A stretch of DNA of 64,000 nucleotides, from NCBI GenBank assembly GCA_021779665.1, contig JAJYAG010000001.1:67396-131395 (forward strand), read 5' to 3'. Both the position numbers and the translations under genes were made by a program. Shown piece by piece: positions 38,412-47,575 of this stretch. This DNA is from Bacteroidota bacterium. GTDB lineage: Bacteria; Bacteroidota; Bacteroidia; Bacteroidales; JAAUTT01. The notes beneath the pieces are model-generated. The model was not told where the DNA came from and made no database searches. It saw nothing but the letters and a program-made list of their open reading frames with translations. The first letter of the stretch is position 1, and the number at the start of each line of letters is the position of its first letter.

Positions 38412-39691
38412 GCTTCCTGCTCTTTGAATTCCCCAAGGAATTTTGAGAATAGAAAAATACAAACAATCCCAACTAAAAAGTGAACGCTCAAGGTATACCA
38501 GATATATTCGGGGTGATGCATTTTTTCGTAATATCCATATAAGGAAGTGTAAGTAAATCCGCTTAAAAATCCTCCGATACAGCTCGAAAGGAAATAGGTT
38601 CCCATGTACAATCCTGCTTTTTCTTTAGGGGCAATCCAGGTGATATATTCCTGAATTCTTGGCGCTGTGGCCATCTCTCCTATTCCATACAAAAAAACTC
38701 CCAGGAAAACCAAAGCTGGCAAGCCAAAATAACTTTGGGCAAAGCAAAAGAAGCCCGTGGAGGCTATTGCTAAACCAACAATGATGGCCGGCAATGCTTT
38801 TAACTTACCACTGGCCCACGAAACAAGCAACTGAAAAATAATGATGAAATAAGCCGGGGAAGCAATTGTTTCTCCAATTACCCTCCAGGTTCCTTTCTCC
38901 TCATGAGAAACAAGTCCCGCAAATCCGCCGCCGAAAGTATTTTTCAAGCTTTGGTACAAACTTGCGGTGTCGATGTATTTATCGATATAATCGGCTACCA
39001 CATTGTAAAACGACCACAAAGGGAGCCAAAACATCAACCCGATCATTACCAGGAAGAGTACGAATTTACCATCGGACAGTGCAATTCCCATATCCTTGAA
39101 CTTCTTGCCGAGTGTCTCGCCTTCAATGGCGCGCGGAGGTTCTTTATAGAAGAAAATGGTGATTAAAAGCATTACAACGATGGATATTGCAGCAGCAGAG
39201 AATGCATGATCCCAAGAAATAGCCCTTAAATGCCCAGCTACCAAAGGCCCAAAAGTTCCGCCCACATTTACCATCGCGTAAAAAATACCAAATCCCAGCG
39301 TTTTATTGTCTTTATTGGATACCGCCCTCACCGTGCCCGAAATAAGTGGCTTAAACACACCGGCAGCAAAACCTATGGTTAACATGGACAATACTATACC
39401 ATTGAATGACGTTGTACTTTTTAACAATAATATTGCAGGAATATATGCCAGATATGCAAATATCAGCATTTTTTTAAATCCGTAACGGTCGGCAAAAGTC
39501 CCTGAGAATAGCGGCACAAGATACGAAACCAGCAGAAAAATGCTTTGCACCACCCCAAGTTGTGCTCTGGTGTATCCCAGATGGGTCATATAAATGCCAA
39601 AGCCCATGTAAATACCATAATAGGCAAAACGTTCCAACACCTCAATGGTATTGGCAATCCAGAATACAGGAGGAAAAGCCGATCGTTTCAT
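38408..39691 (-). CDS. MFS transporter
   Basis: 427 aa, 12 TM. Confidence 0.7.
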   Translation of the reverse strand: MKRSAFPPVFWIANTIEVLERFAYYGIYMGFGIYMTHLGYTRAQLGVVQSIFLLVSYLVPLFSGTFADRYGFKKMLIFAYLAYIPAILLLKSTTSFNGIVLSMLTIGFAAGVFKPLISGTVRAVSNKDNKTLGFGIFYAMVNVGGTFGPLVAGHLRAISWDHAFSAAAISIVVMLLITIFFYKEPPRAIEGETLGKKFKDMGIALSDGKFVLFLVMIGLMFWLPLWSFYNVVADYIDKYIDTASLYQSLKNTFGGGFAGLVSHEEKGTWRVIGETIASPAYFIIIFQLLVSWASGKLKALPAIIVGLAIASTGFFCFAQSYFGLPALVFLGVFLYGIGEMATAPRIQEYITWIAPKEKAGLYMGTYFLSSCIGGFLSGFTYTSLYGYYEKMHHPEYIWYTLSVHFLVGIVCIFLFSKFLGEFKEQEA

Positions 39692-39720
39692 GTAATTAGT
39701 TTAAGGCCGCAATATAGTTA

Positions 39721-39870
39721 AAAAATAGAAAGAGTCCTCAGTCGTCGGTCCACAGACGACTGCTAAACAGCCCAGGAATAAAATGTTTGTATTAGCGGTG
39801 GACTAACGTCTGTAGATCGTCCAATAATTGTATTTGCCGTGGACCGAGGTCTGTCGACAGTCGACTAATC
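39721..39870. repeat. GTCGAC/GTGGACC/GTCTGT-rich palindromic intergenic repeat (copy A)
   Basis: Shares AGTCCTCAG...CAGAC...GCTAA(A)CAGCCCA and GTGGACCG-GTCTGT-CGAC words with the copy at 54490..54600. Contains internal direct and inverted repeats. Confidence 0.6.
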
Positions 39871-40583
39871 TACTTCCCTCTCCTGAATCTTTCCTTCTCT
39901 TCTTTGCCCATTTTTTCAGTGGCGTACTGAATGATCAATCTGGGAGCTTTATCTTTCCATTTCAGCAGAAACTCCTCTGTTTCGGCTGGCTTAATTTTCC
40001 AGCATTCTCGCAAAAACCAGCCCATTCCCTGGTGAACTTCGCGTTCGGGATCCGTCATTAACTGCTCCAGGAATTTAAATAGGGACTGGAAGTTATCCCT
40101 TGTCTTTATAGTTTTTATTATGGTTACGGGGACGCAACGTCGCTGAAACTTATACTTCGACTTCAGCCAGCTTTTAAAATCTTTATCTTCAATAATTTTG
40201 TACTTGAAAAATTTAGGCAGAATAAACATCCCCAGGGTATCAGCATGTGCCCAATTGTAAATGGAATAGCTGAACCAGGTGCCCATTTTATCAAAAAGCT
40301 CCTTAGTGTATTGCTTTTCGAAACCGTTGACGAGAAGAAGTCCCAGAGTCACCTCTTCATATTTTGCGCTGTTAAAAAGCTCAGGAACAGCCTCCAGGAC
40401 AGTTTGAAGCGTAATCGCTTTTTCGCGAAGCAGCTGCTTCGCTTTTTCATTCATCTGAGGTTGAGTAAGGCCATAACTATCAGGTGCTTCTTTAAAATAC
40501 CTTTTTGATTTCGAAGCATTTTCTGCATTCTGATTTTCAATGCAGAATTTTCTGATATCATCAATTAACTCCGAACTGTTCAT
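39870..40583 (-). CDS. DNA alkylation repair enzyme (AlkC/AlkD-like HEAT-repeat protein)
   Basis: 237 aa with N-terminal ...NASKSKRYFKEAPDSYGL, typical of the DNA_alkylation family. Confidence 0.6.
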   Translation of the reverse strand: MNSSELIDDIRKFCIENQNAENASKSKRYFKEAPDSYGLTQPQMNEKAKQLLREKAITLQTVLEAVPELFNSAKYEEVTLGLLLVNGFEKQYTKELFDKMGTWFSYSIYNWAHADTLGMFILPKFFKYKIIEDKDFKSWLKSKYKFQRRCVPVTIIKTIKTRDNFQSLFKFLEQLMTDPEREVHQGMGWFLRECWKIKPAETEEFLLKWKDKAPRLIIQYATEKMGKEEKERFRRGK

Positions 40584-40585
40584 GC

Positions 40586-42055
40586 CTAAAAATTAAACCA
40601 TGATTCGACAAAACTACGCATTTTACAAGGATCCTCGTCCTTGTGGGTGTATTCGTTTGTGTGAGGATTATATTGATAATCCTTACGCCACTCCCAATGA
40701 TTTTCGGCAAGCTGTTTTATTGCGTTCAGAATAAACCTTACCTCATCATCTGTCATAACCGGATGGATGGAGAATCTGAGCCAGCCAGGTTTGCAGGAGA
40801 GATCCCCCTGACTGATGCGCTCGGTAATTTCACTCGAGAGACTCTGGTCCACATGCAGCAGATAATGACCATAAGTTCCTGCACAGCTGCAACCACCGCG
40901 TACCTGAATCCCGAACCTGTCGTTTAGTATCCTGACAGCCAGATTGTAATGAAGATTATCTATATAAACAGAAAAGATGCCCAAACGTTCTTTGATGTTA
41001 CCTGCAAGAATATGCAGACCTTCAATTTTTTCAAGCCCCGGCCAGATAATATTTTTCAGTTCTTCTTCTCTTTCGAGCATTTTTTCAACGCCCATCTGCT
41101 CCTTCAGTTTAATACAAAGTGCAACTTTAATAGTGGGCAGAAAGGCAGGTGTACCGCCATCTTCACGTTTTTCAATATCTTCAACGTATTTATGACGACC
41201 CCATGGGTTTGTCCACTCAACTGTTCCACCTCCCGGACAATCGGGTATTTTATTTTTGTAAAGAGAGCTGTCGAATATCAGAATGCCAGTAGAACCTGGC
41301 CCGCCGAGAAACTTATGCGGTGAGAAATAAATGGCATCCAGCTTCTGAGCTGCTACCTGCGGATGCATGTCGATGTTGATATACGGTGCTGCACAGGCAA
41401 AATCGACAAAGCACAGGCCGCCAAAATTGTGCATTATTTCGGCAATCTGATGATATGGCGTTGCAATGCCTGTTACGTTGGAATAAGAAGTAACAGCGGC
41501 AATTTTGGTCTTTTTGTATGAAAATTGTTTCAGCAAAGTTTCCAATCCCTGCAAGTCTACCAATCCGTTATCGTCCGATGGTATAATCATCAGTTCGCCG
41601 ATCGTTTCAAGCCATGAAGTCTGATTGGAGTGATGCTCCATGTGCGTGACCAGAATCAGAGGCTTTTCTTCTTCTGAAAGCTGAACGAGATCTTTATACT
41701 TCTCGTGTATCCTGAAACCTAATATGCGTTGAAATTTATTTACAACGCCTGTCATACCTGAATTAGACGAGATAATCACATCCGATGAATGAGCGTTGAC
41801 ATGCCGTTTGATTGTTTTGAGAGCCAAATGATACGCGTGAGTCATACTGGAACCCGTTAGCGTGGTTTCGGTATGGGTATTACCCACGTAAGGACCGATA
41901 ATATCCGAAATTTGCTTTTCAATGGGAGCATAAAGTCGTCCGCTTGCTGTCCAGTCGGCATAAACAACTTTTTTTTTGCCATAAGGCGATTCGAAAAACA
42001 AATCGTTCCCAATGGTATTTTCACTATAGGTTTTGAAGTAGTTTTCCAGTGACAT
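40586..42055 (-). CDS. aminotransferase class V-fold PLP-dependent enzyme (cysteine desulfurase-like)
   Basis: 489 aa with a PLP-lysine context FSPHKFLGGPGSTG. Confidence 0.7.
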   Translation of the reverse strand: MSLENYFKTYSENTIGNDLFFESPYGKKKVVYADWTASGRLYAPIEKQISDIIGPYVGNTHTETTLTGSSMTHAYHLALKTIKRHVNAHSSDVIISSNSGMTGVVNKFQRILGFRIHEKYKDLVQLSEEEKPLILVTHMEHHSNQTSWLETIGELMIIPSDDNGLVDLQGLETLLKQFSYKKTKIAAVTSYSNVTGIATPYHQIAEIMHNFGGLCFVDFACAAPYINIDMHPQVAAQKLDAIYFSPHKFLGGPGSTGILIFDSSLYKNKIPDCPGGGTVEWTNPWGRHKYVEDIEKREDGGTPAFLPTIKVALCIKLKEQMGVEKMLEREEELKNIIWPGLEKIEGLHILAGNIKERLGIFSVYIDNLHYNLAVRILNDRFGIQVRGGCSCAGTYGHYLLHVDQSLSSEITERISQGDLSCKPGWLRFSIHPVMTDDEVRFILNAIKQLAENHWEWRKDYQYNPHTNEYTHKDEDPCKMRSFVESWFNF

Positions 42056-42152
42056 CCCTGTTTCCTTTACATGTATAAATTTCGAACGTTATGTGCAAAA
42101 TAATGGATTTTATTCTGTAATTTACATGACAGTTTTCGATAAAACGGAAAAT

Positions 42153-42341
42153 ATGGAAATTGACGATGATAAAATTACCTGCAACTGCGGGAAAAGCTTT
42201 CCAAGAACCAGCGATTACAGGCATTGTACCAATTGCTTTGCCTGCACGGGATGCGAAATTTACTATTGTCCCTATTGCGACGAACGCATTGAAATTAAGC
42301 CGGTAAGGAAGATTGAGGATGGAAGGGAGAGAAATATTTAG
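42153..42341 (+). CDS. small Cys-rich zinc-ribbon-like protein
   Basis: CNCG...C.NC..C.GC...YCPYC pattern. Uncertain. Confidence 0.3.
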   Translation: MEIDDDKITCNCGKSFPRTSDYRHCTNCFACTGCEIYYCPYCDERIEIKPVRKIEDGRERNI

Positions 42342-42470
42342 TCGACAGACTTCAGACCACAGCAAATACGAAATACAAAGTCGACGGTCGGACGGACCTC
42401 AGTCTACAGCAATTCAAAATACAAAAAGACGACAGACCAATGTTAATTACCTAGGTCTGTCGTCTTTAGT
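42340..42470. repeat. same palindromic repeat family (copy B)
   Basis: GTCGACAGAC...CAGACCACAG...GGACCTCAGTCTACAGC...GACGACAGACC...GGTCTGTCGTC. Confidence 0.55.
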
Positions 42471-42689
42471 GGCTCTGATGCACATTATTGTTGGTACTAA
42501 ATAGTATGTACAATTGCGGCGAAAATAAAATTAAAGCTCTTTTTAGGACATTTGCACGCCGCCAAAATTAATCCTTTGATATAACCCGGGGCGCCGCTTC
42601 ACTTTGCCCCGGGCTGAATTATCCAAGGCTTTCAGCCTTAAAAAACATAAAATCAAATCTACATTTTTGTGCAACATAGCCTCCATAAA

Positions 42690-42790
42690 CGACAGCTAAT
42701 GCAGAATACAAGTCGATAATCGATAGTCTATCGACTAAACGCTATTGACCTGTATTCTTGTATTGGCTATTGACCATGGACTAAAAGCTA
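42690..42790. repeat. degenerate relative of the same repeat family (copy D)
   Basis: GTCGATAATCGATAGTCTATCGAC...TATTGACC...GGCTATTGACC...CTATCGAC. Resembles copy B with C-to-T changes. Confidence 0.4.
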
Positions 42791-45700
42791 TCGACTAACT
42801 TTAACCACCTCTCCATCAATCCAATATTTCATCTCATTTGTATAATAAAGGTAAGTACAACTTGCGGGGGCCTGGTAAGTTCCGGCGATTTCGGATCGTA
42901 AGTCGAGCTTTATTTCTTTCTCTTCGCCTGGTGCCATTTCTCTGTAATACAGCACTAAAAGATTCTTATTCACTTCATAGAAATCTACTTTGCCTTTTTC
43001 CTGAATCTCTTTTAACTGCCAGGGCTGCAGACTTAATCCTGAGGGTATTCCGATGATTGCCATTGTCATAGGCAATCCATCATTGGTGATATTCCGAAGT
43101 TTAATGTTCATACGTACCGTTTCTCCAACCCTTGTATTATGAGTGGAAAGGGCTGTTTCTAAAAGTAACTTGCTATCAGGATGCGATGCCGGGGTGCTGC
43201 TGTTCCATGATGCATCGAACGAAAAGGGCATTGAAGCCTGTGTGCCTGAAAACCTGATTAGGACTTTATTGGTACCTTCCTGAAGATATTTTTCAAATCG
43301 TGCAAGAACAATCTTCCCCTTGTCACCCTTCCTGAAACTTTGTGAACCGGCATTGCTGCCATTGATAATAAGGCTGATTTCTCCATCGCTGTTAACCTGG
43401 GCCGACTGGAGTGAATAAGCCGTAAGGGCCTTTAAGGCAAGAATGGTGGCCTGTGTTGATCCAAAACCTCCATAAGAGCGGGAAGAAATAATAAAATTGA
43501 CTGATTTTTCAAGCTCACTCCAGCTATACAGGGTGGTTTTTAACGCTGCCATGATATACAAGGATGCTGTTTCAACCTGTAACGATTTTCCATAAGAATG
43601 AGTAAACGAAGGTTGAATAGTTAACTGATCCCAACTTTTGTTATCTATCTTTTTTTGAATCATTTCCAGCATCTTACTTCCATCATTGGTTTTCTTATAA
43701 TTAAAGGCTGCATTCGCCATCAAAGCCAGGCGGTAAGGATCCTCGCTCTTTAAAGCTTCCTGCTTTGCCAGTTCATATTCAGTATCAATTTTATCAATTC
43801 CGGCTTCCGATAAAGCATAAACCACATAGGCATTGGTAACCTGGTCGCTTGTGCCGCCAAAGCTATATTTCTGATAGTTATCGCCTTTGAAGTTGCCTTT
43901 CCCATCGCGGTGTTTCAGAATCCATTTCAGGGTTCTGTCCATCATCGCCTGGTCAACGTCATCGTAAACAGCTTTCATATCGGTAAATTCCATAAATCCA
44001 TAGGCAGTGAGGCCTAAATGTCCGGGCGCATGACCAAACCATTCAAAACCATTCTGGGAGGTTTCAAAGCTTTTTAAACGGTCATACCCTGTTTTGATAA
44101 GTTTGAGTGCCCTTTGCGAAACCATTGCCGTATCCATGCCTCTGGATTTCAGGTATTGTAAAACCATGATGTTTGGATAAGTGCTCGACGAAGTCTGTTC
44201 AAAACAACCATAAGGTTCCCTCAGAATCGATTCAATACCCGATAATAGATCGCTCAGAATGTCAGGATAAGCTGAAAACTGGGCTTTTAAGGAACCCGGA
44301 ATGGCCTTGCTGATTGTAAATGTGAAGTTCTTTTCCGTCTCCTTTGCCGACACCGAAAAAGATGCAGGAAAACCTTTGGGCTGGATATCAACCTCCTGAT
44401 TAAATGCATCGCTGTTTGTACCACCGTCGAAATTAATCCCAAGTTTTACTTTACCGGCCATATTTCTGACAAAGAATGGAACGGATAAATTACGGTCGGA
44501 AAATGGAGCTATTTCAACTGAGTCGGGTAAAATAGTCAAGGGATTAAGATTCTCAGGAACATAGTATTGCAACTTTCCTGTTAATGTTTTGGATGTATTA
44601 TTTTTAAGAATCAGAGGCATCACAACTGTATCGCCAAAGGAAACATAAGCAGGAAACTTCACAGCCATACTGAATGGCAGCTGGGTATAGAATTTCTTTT
44701 CGGTACGACCCACATCGCCTGTGTTTCCAATACCTTCGGCTACAGCCCTGAAGGTTGTAATTTCGTCGGATGTATAAAATTCCACTTCGGCACTACCGGC
44801 GTTATTGGTACTGATGTTGGGATTCCAGTAAATCGTCGATCTGAAATCGGTCCGTTCCTTAGGTGTTTCATTCTCTTTATAAACCGGATAATAAAACTCT
44901 TTGATGCCAGACAGCCTTCTAGGCGAAATGAGTAAGCCGGAATATCGTGGTTTGAAGCTTTTCTTTAACTGCTTGTAATACCCATTATTGGCCGAAGTTG
45001 TAATCAATATTACCCCATTTGCTGCTCTGCAACCGTAAATTGAAGTAGCGCTCGCATCTTTTAATACCGAAATGCTTGCGATATTCGACACGGGAATGTT
45101 ATGGAGGATTGATTTACTATCGGACAAGGAAGGATCGTAGACAACGCCGTCAACCACATACAAAGGTTCATTCACTGATAAAGCGTTTGTCCCCCGGATA
45201 GTAACCTGCGGCGATACACCTGGCTGACCCTGATCGTTGATAACATTTAACCCGGCAACACGTCCCTGTAATGCCTGGTTAACCATACCCGGCAAGGTTT
45301 GAATATTGCTTGCAGTTACTTTGGTAACTGAGCCTGTAAGATCGGCTTTTCTTTGTGTTCCGTAACCGATTACTACAATCTCGTCGAGGCTTTTCACATC
45401 TTCATCAAGTATCATGTCAGGCCCTTTGCCCATTTCGACTGTTTCGGTAACATAGGATGTAACTGATCTTTTTTTGCTGATTTCCCCGGTCTTTACCTTC
45501 ACAATTTCGGGCATCAGCGATTCTCCGCTTATTGAGGAGCCCAAGCCTGTGCCAGCCAATTCATTCAGATAATCAATTTCTATGTAAATATCAGATATAT
45601 CAATTTCGCTGCTCCGGGCCAACACCTGAATATGTGATGATGCATCAGCATTTTCGAACCTGAAACGACCCAGTTCAGTTGTGCTAACTTTTAAAATTCT

Positions 45701-47443
45701 TTTGCGGTTTTCCAATTCAATTACAACAACTTCCGCTTTTACAGGCTTTCCATCTCTTTTATCCTTAACAGTGCCACTAATACAGCCAATTCTTTCGGCG
45801 GGATAAAGTACATTGTAATTCATTTTCAGGACCTCATTCCAGTAATATCTGCGCCAACCCTGGGTTAATAAAAGGTAATTGAGGGCCTTTTCAGCTTTTG
45901 GTTCTTCAGGGTTGAAATAAAACTCAGGTTTCTCAACTTTCCCTTTGATTTCGGAGCCCAGCAACATCCACGATAGAATATTATGCTGCTTGTCATCGGC
46001 CATGGTCATAAGCTGATCTTTCACAACAGCCAGCGAAAGATTTGCAGCTACCGGAATACTGTCCTTATCGGTTGTACGAATGCTCAGCTTTACCTTCTGG
46101 CGCGGGTTATATTTTTCCTTATCGAACCTTAGAGATATGTTTAAACGCTTATTATAATTGAAGAACATCAGCCGCTCGCAACGAGGATTCCCCTGTCGGT
46201 CGAACAAAGTTGCAATAGCAGTACCAGTAGGAAATTTATCGGCCGAAAATTCTATTTCGTTGCTATTTCCGCCTGCATTTTCGGAATAAGTGAAATAAGT
46301 TCCGTTAGCTGACTGAACCGCAAAATGAACCCTTTCGCCCTGAGGCGCATGATATATAGCTTTATACCTGTTTTCGCCGGCAGGAACCACTCTTAGCGTG
46401 TACCCCCTGGGCATTACTTCGGGCAATTCGAACCTTTCTTTGATTTGAGGTTTCGTAATTACAGCAAAGTAATGCTTTCCGGGAACAGGAAACATTTCGA
46501 AAGCTCCCATTCCCTGGTGAAAGCTGCTGAATTCAAGAATTCTGTTATTGGTATTGTCGGTAATATATCCTTCTACTTCAGCAGGTTTACCAAATTCGTT
46601 TACAGCTTTAAATGCAATATTACCCGGAATATTAGCCACAAGGTATCCTCCTTCCGGAAAGAATTCAATATTGATTTTATTCAAAACAATGGGTATAGAG
46701 CGGGAAACAGCCTCTGTACTGCCTTCGTGCAATATTTTGGCATTGATAAGTCCGTCGCTGCTTTTCAGCGTTTCGGGGAGGATATACTGCAGCATCACTT
46801 TACCTTTATTATCGGTCTGAAGGTCAACCGTTTTTACCTTTTCCCCGGCAAGTGATATATCTGCTTTTACGTTTTTGAAAGTTAAAGGAACATTTTCGAG
46901 TGTTTCAACTTTCAGCTCAGCCTTCACAGTATCGCCCGGGGAATAGCTTTCTCTTTTAAAATCAATCTTTGCCAGCAACCGTGGATAAACCACTTTCTGA
47001 ATCTGAATTTCCTTTTCGAAGTAATAATCCACCCCAAAATTTTTCATCCAGGTGGTGTAAGCCTTTATTTTGTAGAGTCCGCCTGCATAAGAATCGTCGA
47101 TGGTGAAGCTGCCGGAACAAACTCCCTGAATCACCTGAAGTGTCAACGATTTATCAACATTGCTGCGGGGATTGATAAGCTCGATATAAACAACATCCGA
47201 TTGTCGGGATGGGAGATTGGTAGCTCCATCAGTCACAAAAGCCTTGAACCAGATATCTTCTCCGGGCTTGTACAGCGATTTATCTACATGCAGATACACC
47301 TTTTCAAAAGGCTTGTTTTTATAAAAGGAGCTCACAAAGTTCTTCAGAGCAGCAATAAAAGGATCTTCCGACTGGCTGAAATAAACAAAGCCAGAACAAA
47401 TAAGGGTTAATATCAAGGCTGTGGTTATAATTTTTGTTTTCAT
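42788..47443 (-). CDS. alpha-2-macroglobulin family protein with an embedded SusC-type CarboxypepD_reg+Plug module
   Basis: 1551 aa with a signal peptide and N-terminal MG-like domains. CarboxypepD_reg at aa ~553-640 (CISGTVKDKRDGKPVKAEVVVIE). TonB-receptor Plug at aa ~688-816 (IVVIGYGTQRKADLTGSV...NQALQGRVAGLNV...TIRGTNAL...EPLYVVDGV...ISVLKDASATSIYGCRAANGVILITT). Thioester motif GCFEQ at aa 1079-1083 (nt 44195..44209). A2M C-terminal region follows. Confidence 0.8.
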   Translation of the reverse strand: MKTKIITTALILTLICSGFVYFSQSEDPFIAALKNFVSSFYKNKPFEKVYLHVDKSLYKPGEDIWFKAFVTDGATNLPSRQSDVVYIELINPRSNVDKSLTLQVIQGVCSGSFTIDDSYAGGLYKIKAYTTWMKNFGVDYYFEKEIQIQKVVYPRLLAKIDFKRESYSPGDTVKAELKVETLENVPLTFKNVKADISLAGEKVKTVDLQTDNKGKVMLQYILPETLKSSDGLINAKILHEGSTEAVSRSIPIVLNKINIEFFPEGGYLVANIPGNIAFKAVNEFGKPAEVEGYITDNTNNRILEFSSFHQGMGAFEMFPVPGKHYFAVITKPQIKERFELPEVMPRGYTLRVVPAGENRYKAIYHAPQGERVHFAVQSANGTYFTYSENAGGNSNEIEFSADKFPTGTAIATLFDRQGNPRCERLMFFNYNKRLNISLRFDKEKYNPRQKVKLSIRTTDKDSIPVAANLSLAVVKDQLMTMADDKQHNILSWMLLGSEIKGKVEKPEFYFNPEEPKAEKALNYLLLTQGWRRYYWNEVLKMNYNVLYPAERIGCISGTVKDKRDGKPVKAEVVVIELENRKRILKVSTTELGRFRFENADASSHIQVLARSSEIDISDIYIEIDYLNELAGTGLGSSISGESLMPEIVKVKTGEISKKRSVTSYVTETVEMGKGPDMILDEDVKSLDEIVVIGYGTQRKADLTGSVTKVTASNIQTLPGMVNQALQGRVAGLNVINDQGQPGVSPQVTIRGTNALSVNEPLYVVDGVVYDPSLSDSKSILHNIPVSNIASISVLKDASATSIYGCRAANGVILITTSANNGYYKQLKKSFKPRYSGLLISPRRLSGIKEFYYPVYKENETPKERTDFRSTIYWNPNISTNNAGSAEVEFYTSDEITTFRAVAEGIGNTGDVGRTEKKFYTQLPFSMAVKFPAYVSFGDTVVMPLILKNNTSKTLTGKLQYYVPENLNPLTILPDSVEIAPFSDRNLSVPFFVRNMAGKVKLGINFDGGTNSDAFNQEVDIQPKGFPASFSVSAKETEKNFTFTISKAIPGSLKAQFSAYPDILSDLLSGIESILREPYGCFEQTSSSTYPNIMVLQYLKSRGMDTAMVSQRALKLIKTGYDRLKSFETSQNGFEWFGHAPGHLGLTAYGFMEFTDMKAVYDDVDQAMMDRTLKWILKHRDGKGNFKGDNYQKYSFGGTSDQVTNAYVVYALSEAGIDKIDTEYELAKQEALKSEDPYRLALMANAAFNYKKTNDGSKMLEMIQKKIDNKSWDQLTIQPSFTHSYGKSLQVETASLYIMAALKTTLYSWSELEKSVNFIISSRSYGGFGSTQATILALKALTAYSLQSAQVNSDGEISLIINGSNAGSQSFRKGDKGKIVLARFEKYLQEGTNKVLIRFSGTQASMPFSFDASWNSSTPASHPDSKLLLETALSTHNTRVGETVRMNIKLRNITNDGLPMTMAIIGIPSGLSLQPWQLKEIQEKGKVDFYEVNKNLLVLYYREMAPGEEKEIKLDLRSEIAGTYQAPASCTYLYYTNEMKYWIDGEVVKVSR

Positions 47444-47575
47444 GGTTGCAGGTATTAATGTTTTTTAAAAGATGTGGGCGGAATACGAGTCCCCCAAAAA
47501 GATTGTATTTTATTTCAGACATTGTCTGTTCATCTTTACATTGATTTTTGACTCTTTGGTTCTTTGATATGCTGC

